Source of the DNA: an uncultured Alphaproteobacteria bacterium | Lineage (GTDB): Bacteria > Pseudomonadota > Alphaproteobacteria > Rhizobiales > Xanthobacteraceae | Assembly: GCA_963790495.1 (NCBI GenBank) | Contig: CAWBOW010000017.1 | Location: 2,745-66,744, forward strand | Direction: 5' to 3' | Length of the DNA: 64,000 nucleotides | Shown here: positions 41,117 to 51,056 of the stretch, one piece after another | Position numbering within the stretch: position 1 is the stretch's first letter | How the letters are laid out: each line of letters opens with the position of its first letter | Notes under the pieces: model-generated | Databases searched by the model: none | Told to the model about the DNA's origin: nothing | The model's input: only the letters and a program-made list of their open reading frames with translations | Position numbers and translations under genes: made by a program

Positions 41117-41743
41117 ATGAGCCGCCTTGCTGCGTTTCTCATTGCCTTGACCATCGCCGTGCCCGCTTTCGCGCAAAGCCTCAGCACGCCGGCGGCGCTG
41201 ACCGCGCAGGCGCCGGCGAGCTACAAGGTGAAGTTCGACACCAGCAAAGGCGCCTTTGTTGTTGACGTGCATCGCGATTGGGCGCCGCGCGGCGCCGACC
41301 GTTTTTATAATCTGGTCAAGAACGGGTTTTTCAACGATGCCCGGTTTTTCCGGGTGATCTCAGGCTTCATGGTGCAATTCGGCATCAGCCCCGATCCGAA
41401 GATTGCGGCGGCGTGGCGCGATGCCAGCATCGGCGACGATCCGGTGAAACAGAGCAACACCCGCGGCATGATCACCTTCGCCACGCGCGGGCCTAATACG
41501 CGCACCACCCAGGTGTTCATCAATTACGGCGACAATGCCAGACTCGACGCTATGGGCTTTGCGCCGTTCGGTCAGATCGTCTCCGGCATGAACGTGGTGG
41601 ATGCGCTCTACAGCGGCTATGGCGAAGGCGCGCCGCGCGGCGCCGGGCCCGAACAGGGCCGCATTCAGAGCGAGGGGAACGCCTATCTGACGCAGGCGTT
41701 TCCCAAGCTCGATTACATCAAAACCGCAACCATCGTGCCGTAA
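41117..41743 (+). CDS. Peptidyl-prolyl cis-trans isomerase, cyclophilin type, periplasmic
   Basis: Signal peptide plus a cyclophilin core (FFRVISGFMVQFG, ...GMITFATRGPNTRTTQVFINY). Confidence 0.88.
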   Translation: MSRLAAFLIALTIAVPAFAQSLSTPAALTAQAPASYKVKFDTSKGAFVVDVHRDWAPRGADRFYNLVKNGFFNDARFFRVISGFMVQFGISPDPKIAAAWRDASIGDDPVKQSNTRGMITFATRGPNTRTTQVFINYGDNARLDAMGFAPFGQIVSGMNVVDALYSGYGEGAPRGAGPEQGRIQSEGNAYLTQAFPKLDYIKTATIVP

Positions 41744-41783
41744 CCGCTCGGCGCTTCGTTTCGTCCCATCAAGTATAAGGACT

Positions 41784-42284
41784 TTGACCATGGCCAAGGA
41801 ATTGCCCGCCGGCGTGGATCCGAACAACGCGCTTGTTCTGGAGACCACCCCCGGCACGATCGTCATAAAACTTCACAACGATATCGCGCCCGGACACGCG
41901 GAACGGCTGAAGATGCTGGCGCGCGACAAGTTCTACGACGACGTGCCGTTCCATCGCGTCATCGACGGTTTCATGGCGCAAACCGGCGACGGCCAGCATG
42001 GCAACGGCACCGGCGGCTCATCGCATCCGGACCTCAAGGCGGAGTTTTCCGACAAGCCGTTCGTGCGCGGCACGGTGGGCATGGCGCGTAAGGGCGGCAG
42101 CAACAATTCGGCCAACAGCCAGTTCTTCATCATGTTCGACGATGGCGACTTTCTCAACGGCCAGTATACCGTGATCGGCGAAGTGGTGTCCGGCATGGAT
42201 GTCGTCGACAAGCTCAAGCGCGGGGAGCCGCCGTCCAAGCCCGACCGCATTGTCAGTATGAAAGTGGCGGCCGACGCAAAATAG
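41784..42284 (+). CDS. Peptidyl-prolyl cis-trans isomerase, cyclophilin type, cytoplasmic
   Basis: Cyclophilin motifs FHRVIDGFMAQTGD, GTVGMARKGGSNNSANSQFFIMF and YTVIGEVVSGMDVVD. Confidence 0.88.
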   Translation: MTMAKELPAGVDPNNALVLETTPGTIVIKLHNDIAPGHAERLKMLARDKFYDDVPFHRVIDGFMAQTGDGQHGNGTGGSSHPDLKAEFSDKPFVRGTVGMARKGGSNNSANSQFFIMFDDGDFLNGQYTVIGEVVSGMDVVDKLKRGEPPSKPDRIVSMKVAADAK

Positions 42285-42513
42285 CCGCCCGCATTCTGGC
42301 GAGCGCGCGGCCGAGCGCGCGGCGTCATTATGGCCGGCGTTCCCGACGGAACTCCGCTCTGGCGAGCTTGGAGATTTGGCAAGCACGGCCATTTTGCCGC
42401 GCTGACATTCCGGCCTGCGCTCAATTCTACCACTCGTTTCGCGTCTCCGACTGCACATATCAGCCCTATGCGGGCGGCCTGCGGCGGCTGTGCGAAAGAT
42501 AACGAGGGCAGTC

Positions 42514-42744
42514 ATGCCGGATAATGAAGCGATGACGCATTGGCTCAAAGATAATGCTCAGAACTTGTGGTGGTTGGCGGGCTTTCTCGGCATAGCGATT
42601 ATCGTATTCGCCGTCGGCCGCGGCACGGGGTTTCAGCAGTTTGGGCTCGGTCTCCTTTGCGCCGTCGTCGCCTTGTTCGTCGCGTTGGCGATATTTGAAG
42701 CGCTGTGGCAGGCCACCGCGCGTTTGCTCAAGTTGGACGTCTAA
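42514..42744 (+). CDS. Hypothetical small membrane protein (76 aa, 2 TM)
   Basis: ORF with two hydrophobic helices. The start is chosen at the ATG after gaggg and is uncertain. Confidence 0.45.
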   Translation: MPDNEAMTHWLKDNAQNLWWLAGFLGIAIIVFAVGRGTGFQQFGLGLLCAVVALFVALAIFEALWQATARLLKLDV

Positions 42745-42803
42745 ATTACAACGAATATTGCCACGGCGCCGGGCGGCGGGCGTAAATCCGGGGGAGGACT
42801 GCA

Positions 42804-43793
42804 ATGACGCGGCTTGGAATTCTCGTCACCTGCTTGCTGTGTCAGTTGAGCGGGAGTGCGCCCGCGCAGACGGCCGGCAAATATCCGTCGCACTCGGTCA
42901 AGATCATCGTGCCCTATGCGCCGGGCGGCGCCACCGACATCGTCGCGCGCATTCTCGCCAACCAGTTGAGCAAGAGCCTCGGCCAGTCGTTCTACGTCGA
43001 GAACAGACCGGGCGCGTTCGGCATCGTCGCCGACGAGGACCTGGCCCGTTCGCCGGCCGACGGCTACACGCTGATGATCGGCAACGTCACCACCAACGCG
43101 ATCACGCCGGTTATCTACCCGAATAAACTGCAGATCGATTACGCCAAGGAGGTGGTCCCGGTCACCGAACTGGTCGATATTCCAGCCTTCCTCCTGGCGA
43201 CGAAAAAAAATTTCGACGTGACAAGCGTCCCAGCGCTGATCGCTTTTGCCAAGAAGAATCCCGGCCGGCTGCGTTACGGAACGGTCGGACCCGGCAGCTA
43301 TCCGCACTACGACATGGCTTATTTCGCCAAGCGCGCCGGCAATCTCGACATGGTCGCCATCCCCAACAAAGCCGGCGCTTCCGGCGTCATCAACGACATG
43401 CTCAACGGCTCGACCGAAGTCGCGTTTCTCAACGTGGCGAGCTCGGCGCCGCAGATCAAGGCCGGTAATTTCGTGCCGCTGGCGCTGGTCGACCATGCCC
43501 GGTTGCCGGATTATCCCAACCTGCCGACCATGCAGGAGATCGGCTTTCCCGGCGTCGGCACCATCGCCTGGCAGGCCCTGTTCGCACCTGGCGGCACGCC
43601 GAAAGACGTGCTGCAGACCGTATTCGACGCATTCGTCGCGGCCATGAAGGCGCCGGACGTTGCCGCCGCATTCAAGGAGCAGACCTTCAACGTCGTGCCT
43701 AGCGCTTCGCTCGCCGATGCCAAAACCTGGTTGGCCCAACAGATGGCCACCTGGCGCAAGATCACCAGTGAAGTGAAAATCCAGACGCAGTGA
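42804..43793 (+). CDS. Bug family (TctC-like) tripartite tricarboxylate transporter substrate-binding protein
   Basis: Signal peptide with IIVPYAPGGATDIVARI and VENRPGA motifs; about 330 aa. Confidence 0.85.
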   Translation: MTRLGILVTCLLCQLSGSAPAQTAGKYPSHSVKIIVPYAPGGATDIVARILANQLSKSLGQSFYVENRPGAFGIVADEDLARSPADGYTLMIGNVTTNAITPVIYPNKLQIDYAKEVVPVTELVDIPAFLLATKKNFDVTSVPALIAFAKKNPGRLRYGTVGPGSYPHYDMAYFAKRAGNLDMVAIPNKAGASGVINDMLNGSTEVAFLNVASSAPQIKAGNFVPLALVDHARLPDYPNLPTMQEIGFPGVGTIAWQALFAPGGTPKDVLQTVFDAFVAAMKAPDVAAAFKEQTFNVVPSASLADAKTWLAQQMATWRKITSEVKIQTQ

Positions 43794-43871
43794 GGAGTGA
43801 TCCGTCTTTAAAGGAGCTTGGAGCCCTACGCGGGACAAGCATCCGAGTTCGTCGGTGACCCAGTCGCTCAC

Positions 43872-43985
43872 AAGCATTTTGATTTGGGGCAGATACGCTA
43901 AAGCATGTCCCGCAAAATGCTTGCCCTCGGACTCGATCCGGGGGTGGAAACTTGTTTTGCGAAAAGGACACGCTCAACATAGCGA
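43872..43985. repeat. REP-like intergenic element
   Basis: Palindrome aagcattttg (43872-43881) and caaaatgctt (43912-43921), followed by ...gactcgatccgggggtggaaacttgttttgcgaaaagg.... The spurious peptide 'FSQNKFPPPDRVRGQAFCGTCF' is typical of a widespread Rhizobiales repeat. Confidence 0.4.
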
Positions 43986-44038
43986 GGCGCGTATCGATTC
44001 TGCCAAATCGGGATACGCTGTGAAGCGCGGCGGCCCCA

Positions 44039-45040
44039 CTACGGCCGCAGCTTTTGGTGCGACAGGTAAGGCTCGATCGTTGCGAGGACTTGCGCCGGCA
44101 AAATCCGCCGCATGCCGTCGGGCGATTGTCCGTCCGGCGGCACGATTGGGTGGATGAACTTCGAATAGCGCAAAACCGGAGTAGAGCCGAACAGGCCGAA
44201 CGCGTCGGTGCCGCCGGCGGCGGCGAGGTTGAGCGGACCTGACGACGGGCCCACAAAGAGATCGGCGAGGCGAACAAGCGCGGCGGCTTCGATGAGACCG
44301 AGAGCGCAGGCATTGACGGCGTCCGCTCCGGCGCTGGCATCAACAAAACCTTGCGCGCGCATCAGGTTGGCGCTGCCGCCGATCAGAAACACCGTGCCGC
44401 CGATGCGCCGGCGTAGCGAGGCCACAAGCGCCGCCCAATGCGGGTCGGGCCAATCCTTGTCCGGATGCGAGGCGCCGACGCCGAGCACGATCCAAGGCCG
44501 CGCCGCGGCTTTGAACTTTTCTCTCATGGCCGAAAGCGTCGCGTCGGGCAGCTTGAGGTCGGGCTCCGTCGAGAAAAGCGGCACGTTCATCGCCGCCATA
44601 AGCGCGCGCAGCCAGTCGATCGGATGGTCGTGGAAATGGCTGTGATCGATGCCGGCATTGGTGATGAAGAAGCGCTGCGCTCCAAGCCCGAGCCCGAGGC
44701 GCTCCGGTATTCCAGCGAGCCGCGCCGCGAGTGCCGGCCGCGTCGTGCGATCGAGAATCCAGATTGCAGCGAAACGCCGCCGCCGCAATAGTGCCGCCAG
44801 CCGGACCAGGTTGAGGCCGCGCCGCAGTTCCGAGCCGGCGTGCTCGAAATAGATGACTTCCGCCACGCCCGGCTCGGCCGTCAACAGCTCCCGGGCCTGA
44901 CTGGTCGGCGGCGCCAAAAACGCCACCCGGCCGCCCGGCGCAGCGGCGGCGATGGCGCGGATGAACGGCAGGTGCCAGATCACGTCGCCGATGCCGGGCT
45001 TGACCTGGATCACGGCGCAGCTTGTCGCATCTGGTATCAC
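44039..45040 (-). CDS. Glycosyltransferase family 9 (heptosyltransferase-like)
   Basis: GT9 features (…IGDVIWHLPFIRA…, …GASHPDKDWP…, …GPSSGPLNLAAA…). The start is uncertain; I chose an in-frame GTG at 45040 because upstream residues of the tracked ORF look non-coding. Confidence 0.7.
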   Translation of the reverse strand: MIPDATSCAVIQVKPGIGDVIWHLPFIRAIAAAAPGGRVAFLAPPTSQARELLTAEPGVAEVIYFEHAGSELRRGLNLVRLAALLRRRRFAAIWILDRTTRPALAARLAGIPERLGLGLGAQRFFITNAGIDHSHFHDHPIDWLRALMAAMNVPLFSTEPDLKLPDATLSAMREKFKAAARPWIVLGVGASHPDKDWPDPHWAALVASLRRRIGGTVFLIGGSANLMRAQGFVDASAGADAVNACALGLIEAAALVRLADLFVGPSSGPLNLAAAGGTDAFGLFGSTPVLRYSKFIHPIVPPDGQSPDGMRRILPAQVLATIEPYLSHQKLRP

Positions 45041-45100
45041 GTTGCCTGCCGCGCCAAAGGTTGCGATATGCGTTTCTAACGCCCAATACCATAAAGACCA

Positions 45101-46188
45101 ATGCGCACGGACCTGTTCGATTTCGACCTGCCGGAGGACCGCATCGCGCTGCGGCCGGCGGTGCCGCGCGACGCCGCCCGGCTGTCTGGTGGTGCGGCCG
45201 GGCGCCGCCGCCGAGCTCGAAGACAGGAGCTTGCGCGATCTGCCGGCGCTGTTGCGGCCGGGCGATACGGTCGTGGTCAACGACACCAAAGTCTTTGCCG
45301 CCAATCTCTCCGGCCGCCGGATCGGCCGCGGCGAGTACGAGCCGGCGATTTCGGCAACGCTGATCAAACGGCTCGACGGTAGCCGCTTTCGCGCGCTGGT
45401 CAGGCCGGCAAAGCGGCTTGCCGCGGGCGACGTAGTCCGCTTCGGCGGCGAAGGCCGCGTCTGCTTCCTCGATCAGCTCGACGCCATGGTCGAAGACAAA
45501 GGGCAGGGGAGCGACGGCGGCGAGGTGACGCTGGCGTTCTCATTCACCGACGCGGTGCTCGATCAGGCGCTTGCCGAGCGCGGCGACATGCCGTTGCCGC
45601 CCTATATCGCCAGCCGCCGCGGCGTCGACGAACGCGACCGATGCGACTATCAGACCATGTTCGCGCTTACGGAAGGCTCGGTCGCGGCGCCGACCGCGGG
45701 ACTGCATTTCACGCAAACGCTCACCGCCGCATTGGCCGAGCGAGGCATCGCTTTAGAGCGGGTCACGCTGCATGTCGGACCGGGCACGTTTTTGCCGGTG
45801 AAGTCGGACGACACCTCGGGCCATAAAATGCATGCCGAATGGGGCAGCGTTTCGCGCCGAAACTGCTTCCGCGTTGAATGCCGCGCGCCGCGCCGGCGGC
45901 CGCATCGTCGCCGTCGGCTCGACCTCGTTGCGGCTTTTGGAAAGCGCCGCCGCCGAAGACGGCACGCTGTCGGCATTTTCCGGCGAGACCGCTTTATTCA
46001 TCACGCCCGGTTACCGGTTTCGCGCCGTCGACATGATGCTGACCAATTTTCATCTGCCGCGCTCGACGCTGTTCATGCTGGTCGCCGCTTTCTGCGGCCT
46101 CGATGTCATGAAACGCGCCTATGCCCACGCCATCGAAAGCGGCTATCGCTTCTATTCCTATGGCGATGCCTGCTTGCTGTTTCGCTAG
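45101..46188 (+). pseudogene. queA: S-adenosylmethionine:tRNA ribosyltransferase-isomerase, 2 frame disruptions as sequenced
   Basis: [19 protein letters not shown]..., then VVNDTKV, MPLPPYI, YQTMFA, APTAGLHFT, HVGPGTF and [12 protein letters not shown]. Frame switches near 45185 and 45855. Confidence 0.88.
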
Positions 46189-46244
46189 ACGTATATTCAT
46201 AAACTGAGGAGACGCGCGGCTTGTCTTGATGGCCGCAGGACGAT

Positions 46245-47408
46245 ATGTCGCCCGGCACGATGTCCCGCCCATTTTCCTTTCGCCTCCTCGCCACCGACGG
46301 CCCGGCGCGCACGGGCGAAATAGCCACCGCGCACGGCGTGGTGCGCACGCCCGCCTTCATGCCGGTCGGCACCCAGGCCGCGATCAAGGGCGTGCATCAC
46401 GACGATGTGCGAGCCTCCGGCGCCGATATCATTCTCGGCAACACCTATCACCTGATGCTGCGGCCTCGCGCGGAGCGGATCGCCGCGCTCGGCGGCCTGC
46501 ACGCCTTCATGCGCTGGCCGCTATCCGATCCTGACCGATTCCGGCGGCTTTCAGGTGATGTCGCTGTCGCGCCTTGCGCAAAGTCGACGGAGGCAGCGGC
46601 GTGACGTTCCGCTCGCATCTCGACGGCGCCATGGTCGAGCTGACGCCGGAGCGCGCCGTCGAGGTGCAGATCCTGCTCGGCTCCGACATCGCCATGCAGC
46701 TCGACGAATGCGTGCGGCTGCCGGCCGAGCGCGGCGAGATCGAGCGCGCGATGCGGCTGTCGCTGCGCTGGGCGGAGCGCTGCAAGCGCGCCTTCGAGCA
46801 GGCGCCGCCCGGCCGCGCGCTGTTCGGCATCGTGCAGGGCGGCGACGATCAGGGCTTGCGCGAGACGAGCGCGCGGGCGCTCGATCGACATCGGCTTTCG
46901 ACGGCTATGCGATCGGCGGGCTCGCCGTCGGCGAGGCGCAGGAGGTGATGCTGCGAAGTCGTCGCCGAGACCGTGCCGGCGCTGCCGGCCGACCGGCCGC
47001 GCTATCTGATGGGCGTCGGCACGCCGGCCGACATTCTCGGCGGCGGTCGGCGCGCGGCATCGACATGTTCGATTGCGTGATGCCGACGCGCAACGGCCGC
47101 CATGGGCTCGCCTTCACCCGCTTCGGCCCGATCAACATCAAGAACGCCCAGCACGCCGACGATCCGCGCCCGCTCGATGCCGAGAGCCGCTGCCCGGCGG
47201 CGCGCGATTTCTCGCGCGCCTACCTGCATCACCTGTTTCAAGGCGGCGAAGCGCTCGGCGGCACGCTGCTGTCGATCGTCAACCTGTACTACTACCAGGA
47301 CCTGATGGCCGGCGCGCGCGCGGCCATCGCGGCGGGACGTTTTGCCGATTACGCCGCGCGGACCCAGGATGCGATGGTCGAGCCAAGCGCGACCTTCCGA
47401 CGCAGTGA
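46245..47408 (+). pseudogene. tgt: tRNA-guanine transglycosylase, about 6 frame disruptions as sequenced
   Basis: [56 protein letters not shown] and IDMFDCVMPTRNGR lie in alternating frames. Switches near 46515, 46580, 46880, 46953, 47045 and 47385. The 3' end at 47408 is inferred. Confidence 0.82.
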
Positions 47409-47458
47409 GCCGCCGCCAAGCAAGCTTAAAACAACGAATGAAACAAGGAGTGACGACG

Positions 47459-48462
47459 ATGCATTTTGCTGTATTGCGGGCCGTTATCAACAGAAGAGCC
47501 GCAGCTTTAGCTGGCTCTGGCGGTGGCAGGCGTCATGGCCGCTGCGGCGCCGGCGTGTGCCGCCTATCCGGATCATCCGGTGCGTGTCGTGCTGCCGTTC
47601 GGGCCCGGCGGCGTCGCCGACGTCACCGCGCGGCTGGTGGCGCAAAAACTCAGCGAGAAGCTCGGCCAGAATTTCGTCATCGAGAACATGCCGGGCGCCG
47701 GCGGCATTGCCGGCGGCACGCGCGGCGCTGTCCGGTGGCACCGGACGGCTATACGCTTGCCTTCTTCACCAACGGCACCGCCATCAGCGTGCCGCTGTTC
47801 AACCATCTGCCGTTCGATCCACTCAAGCAGTTTGTGCCGATCTCGTCGATCGGCTATTTCGATCTCGATTTTGTCGTCGCCGCGAATTCGCCGTATCACA
47901 CGCTCGGCGATTTCTTGAAAGCGGCGAAAGACAAGCCCGGCACGCTCAATCTGGCCTCCATCGTCGTCGGCTAGACGCAGAACCTCACCGCGCAGCTTTT
48001 CAAATCGATGTCAGACGCCAACATCGTCATCGTCCCGTTCCGCACTTCGCCCGACGAATTGGTGGCGTTGCTGCGTAACGACATCCAGATGCGAGGTCGA
48101 ATTCTACGCGGCCATCGTGCCCAGCCTGCAAAGCGGCAAGGTCCGCGTGCTGGCGACCAGCGGCCTCAGGCGCTCGCCGGAACTGCCGAACGTTCCGACC
48201 ATCGCCGAAGCCGGCGTGCCCGATTTCGACGTGACGTCGTGGAACGCGCTCTATGCACCGGCCGGCACGCCGCAGCCCGTCATCGATAAACTCGAACAGC
48301 GCGCTGCACGATGTGCTCGCCGACCCGGAGCTGAAAAAGCGCGCGCTGGCGCTCGGCATCGACGCCAAAGCCTCGACGCCGGCGGAGATCGATTCCCGGA
48401 TGAAATCCGACATCGCCAAGTGGACCAAGGTGATCGAGGCCGACCACATCCCGAAGCAGTGA
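47459..48462 (+). pseudogene. Bug family (TctC-like) substrate-binding protein, 4 frameshifts plus an in-frame TAG as sequenced
   Basis: aaggag lies 8 nt upstream of the ATG. Motifs VVLPFGPGGVADVTARL and IENMPGAGG. The TAG at 47972-47974 sits where the family has Ser (VVG*TQNLTAQLF). Switches near 47515, 47725, 48090 and 48295. Confidence 0.8.
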
Positions 48463-48497
48463 GGCGCGCCAGTCCGTTGCGTTGCGGATAAAATAAA

Positions 48498-48531
48498 ACC
48501 CGCCGGTCTACGATACGCCGGACCGGCGGGT
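48498..48531 (-). terminator. Rho-independent terminator of the CHRD gene
   Basis: Arms acccgccggtc (48498-48508) and gaccggcgggt (48521-48531), followed on the minus strand by TTTTATTTTAT. Confidence 0.6.
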
Positions 48532-48614
48532 CGCATGTTATTGGATTACACAACTATTTGGTTACGCAACGCACCGGTCAAAACGCGGCGTCCAGTGCGG
48601 GCACAACTTTGTCG

Positions 48615-49079
48615 TTACGACTTCTCGAGCTGGCCGCGAATTTCGCCGCCCGGATTAGCTTTGGTGTGAATGTTGACGTACCACTGGCCGCCCATCAGAT
48701 CGGAGGCCTGGGCGTCGGTGAGCTTGGCCGAGCCCTTGAACGGGCTATCGAACGTCTTGCCTTTTTCCGACATCCAGACCGCCACGCCGGCGTTCTTGCC
48801 GGGTTCGGCCGGCCCGTGGAAATGCGCGGCCGTTGCCGGCCCGGTCAAACCGGAAAACGTGCCGTTCCAGGTCAATGTCTTGGTCGACGCATCATAGCTT
48901 GCGGTAACCGAGCCAGTTCCGCCGGTGGTGTTCGGCGGCACCTCGCTTGAGCCCTTGAGTTCGGCCTTGAACGTCGTGTCGGCCGCCTGGCTTGGCGTGC
49001 CGGACGCCAACAGTGCGGCGCCGGCGGCGCTGCCGACGCAGATCCCTAGCACCGACCGGCGGTCGATGATTTGACGCAT
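48615..49079 (-). CDS. CHRD domain-containing exported protein
   Basis: aaggagg upstream. Tat-like signal (MRQIIDRRSVLGICVGSAAGAALLASGTPSQA). CHRD features (AAHFHGPAEPGKNAGV..., WYVNIHTKANPGGEIRGQL). Confidence 0.8.
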   Translation of the reverse strand: MRQIIDRRSVLGICVGSAAGAALLASGTPSQAADTTFKAELKGSSEVPPNTTGGTGSVTASYDASTKTLTWNGTFSGLTGPATAAHFHGPAEPGKNAGVAVWMSEKGKTFDSPFKGSAKLTDAQASDLMGGQWYVNIHTKANPGGEIRGQLEKS

Positions 49080-49258
49080 GTGATCCTCCTTGTGGACGGG
49101 TTCCAGACAACGACACAAACACCTCGTCGCGAGCATTATTGCCTGAACCAGACGCCCGTACCAGCCCGCCGTGCGGCCTTCGCTGGCCGCCGGGGACGTA
49201 CGCAGCTTTAACAAGCGAGCAGATGGAGCCAATTACGCGGCTTTACTGAGATATCAGG

Positions 49259-49471
49259 CTACCGCCGGCGCAGCGTAATCGATGTGGCGAAAGTGTTGCC
49301 GCAACTGTCGCAGGACCATTGATGGTCAATATGGCCCTTCGCGTCGAAGCGGGATTCCTCGGCCACCAGCATAACGCTGCCGCAACCGGGGCACTTCGGC
49401 CGGCTCAAGCTTTCGGTCGCAAGAGCCCGCATAGTCCTTAAGGACGCTTGGTACGCGGCTTGGACGATCAT
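49259..49471 (-). CDS. Zn-ribbon mini-protein (70 aa), paralog of 50589-50780
   Basis: CPGC...WSCDSCGNTF motif. Shares the pattern C-x2-C-x22-W-S-C-x2-C-G-x2-F-x-(T/S)-(S/T)-I with the second copy. Confidence 0.55.
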   Translation of the reverse strand: MIVQAAYQASLRTMRALATESLSRPKCPGCGSVMLVAEESRFDAKGHIDHQWSCDSCGNTFATSITLRRR

Positions 49472-49740
49472 GGCGATCTCCTCGCACCCTCACCGCACCC
49501 TAGGTTCCACATAACGCGCGCTCTATGGCGCCAGCGCGACGGCGGCGTGAAACTCTGATGGCTTCTGGGGAAGATTTGGCTGTTGGCGATCGTTTTCGGG
49601 GATAGATCGACTTTTTTGAATGGCTCCGGAGGCCAGCGGCCGGTTAAGGCCGGAGCCCAGTATTTGCTAGTCGTCCTTTGATTCAAACTTTCGCATAATG
49701 GCATGCCGAACAGGGGTGCGAATGTTAGAATCGGACCAGG

Positions 49741-49923
49741 CTAGCGCGACTGGGTATCCAGTGGGACGCAATTGGTGCGCCCGGACATGACGCAATCCTG
49801 GATCTTGTCGTTGCTATAGATTTCCCGTGCCAGAACCCAGCCGACGACGAACAAGACAACGACGACGCCTAGCGCGATCATCGAGCGGCGCTGATTGCCA
49901 TTTTCGCTGTTCGGGTCGGGCAT
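49741..49923 (-). CDS. Hypothetical single-TM mini-protein (60 aa)
   Basis: ORF with a central hydrophobic helix (MIALGVVVVLFVVGWVLA) and two C-terminal Cys. Confidence 0.4.
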   Translation of the reverse strand: MPDPNSENGNQRRSMIALGVVVVLFVVGWVLAREIYSNDKIQDCVMSGRTNCVPLDTQSR

Positions 49924-50221
49924 GGTCTTTCGGTCGTATCAGGTCGATGAGATTAAAACCATGCCTGACCGCCGGGAATTAAGCCCGTGTCGCGAGACCG
50001 ACTAATCCTCGTGGGGCGGGGAAAGCGAGGCGCCGGGCAAAATCAAACCCGCCCGAGACGACAGGCCCGGGCGCAGGCGTCCTAGAGGGCGTGCTCATAG
50101 TAGCAGTAAGGCAAAGGCGCAGCAGCTTGAAGAAGACGCTCAATACGGTCAGACGCAGGCAATGGAAGCCGCAGCCCAGGATGATCCCCGCCGCGCCGCC
50201 GCAGGGCGGCCATTCAATGTG

Positions 50222-50536
50222 CTAACCGATGAAGGCGTGCATTATCGCCGCCAGTACCGCGAGCAGGATTACAGCCGCGCCGAAAACGATCAGGACGTTC
50301 GCCGGCTTTTCCATCAGCAACCTGCCGTGACATCGCCGCGGTAGTTCCGCCGCTTTCTGTTTTGGTTCGCCGGTAAGGATCGAGAGTCCAAAATAGGCGT
50401 TGCCGGCGAGCAACGCAAATATGATTGCCGCGACGAGCGCCGATTGAGCATGGGCGCGAGCGCTTGGGGAGTGACCTCGACCATTTCCGATAGTGCAGAG
50501 CAGCAAGAGACAGTGCTGCTGTCTTGATTCGCGCAA
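50222..50536 (-). CDS. Hypothetical 2-TM small protein (start uncertain)
   Basis: The frame has two hydrophobic segments (ALVAAIIFALLAGNAYFGLSIL; NVLIVFGAAVILLAVLAAIM). Support for it being a real gene is weak. Confidence 0.3.
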   Translation of the reverse strand: MRESRQQHCLLLLCTIGNGRGHSPSARAHAQSALVAAIIFALLAGNAYFGLSILTGEPKQKAAELPRRCHGRLLMEKPANVLIVFGAAVILLAVLAAIMHAFIG

Positions 50537-50588
50537 TCGGTACGCGCCTAATGGCTTCGAGGTGTTGGGGACGCCGAGGGAGCGTCCA

Positions 50589-50780
50589 ATGGCAGTAACG
50601 TGGAAAGCAGCAAATCAGTGCGCGCAGTGTGGTGCTTCGATCGTTGCGCCGGAATGGTCTGAATATTTGTCCGAGCGCTGCGTGAGGCATCTTTGGTCAT
50701 GTGAAATGTGCGGCTATCGGTTCGAGAGCACGATCCGCTTCCCTGCGCGCGAGCTGACGGCGGACCTGGAGGCAGCCTAG
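50589..50780 (+). CDS. Zn-ribbon mini-protein (63 aa), paralog of 49259-49471
   Basis: MAVTWKAANQCAQCGASIVAPEWSEYLSERCVRHLWSCEMCGYRFESTIRF..., with an internal ATG at 50589. Confidence 0.55.
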   Translation: MAVTWKAANQCAQCGASIVAPEWSEYLSERCVRHLWSCEMCGYRFESTIRFPARELTADLEAA

Positions 50781-51056
50781 TTACGGGTCGGTTAAGCCGG
50801 CGCCGATCGGCCGGCCCCGCGCCACATTCGCCCGAGTCGGCAATCGATCGCCCGATAGACCTAATTCGCTGGCACGTCTTTTGACCCTCGACTAACGGCA
50901 AAGGCCACGCAGCGGTGACTGAGAGTGCGCGCGCCGCGTGCCTCACCTCCATGTTTACTTGAAGCCAAATATGTGCCGCACTTAATCGGCTTCAATAAGC
51001 CGTGGTGCTGCCTAAGGATATGTCAACCAATCGCACCGTACCTTGAGGACTGGGCA

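Noticed and set aside
22787-47974. Amber (TAG) recoding or suppression (such as pyrrolysine) as the explanation for the two in-frame TAG codons.
   Set aside because: Both lie within indel-dense, error-like blocks and no pyl genes or suppressor tRNA are seen in the window. Both fit a single C-to-A change from a TCG Ser codon. Only reads can settle it.
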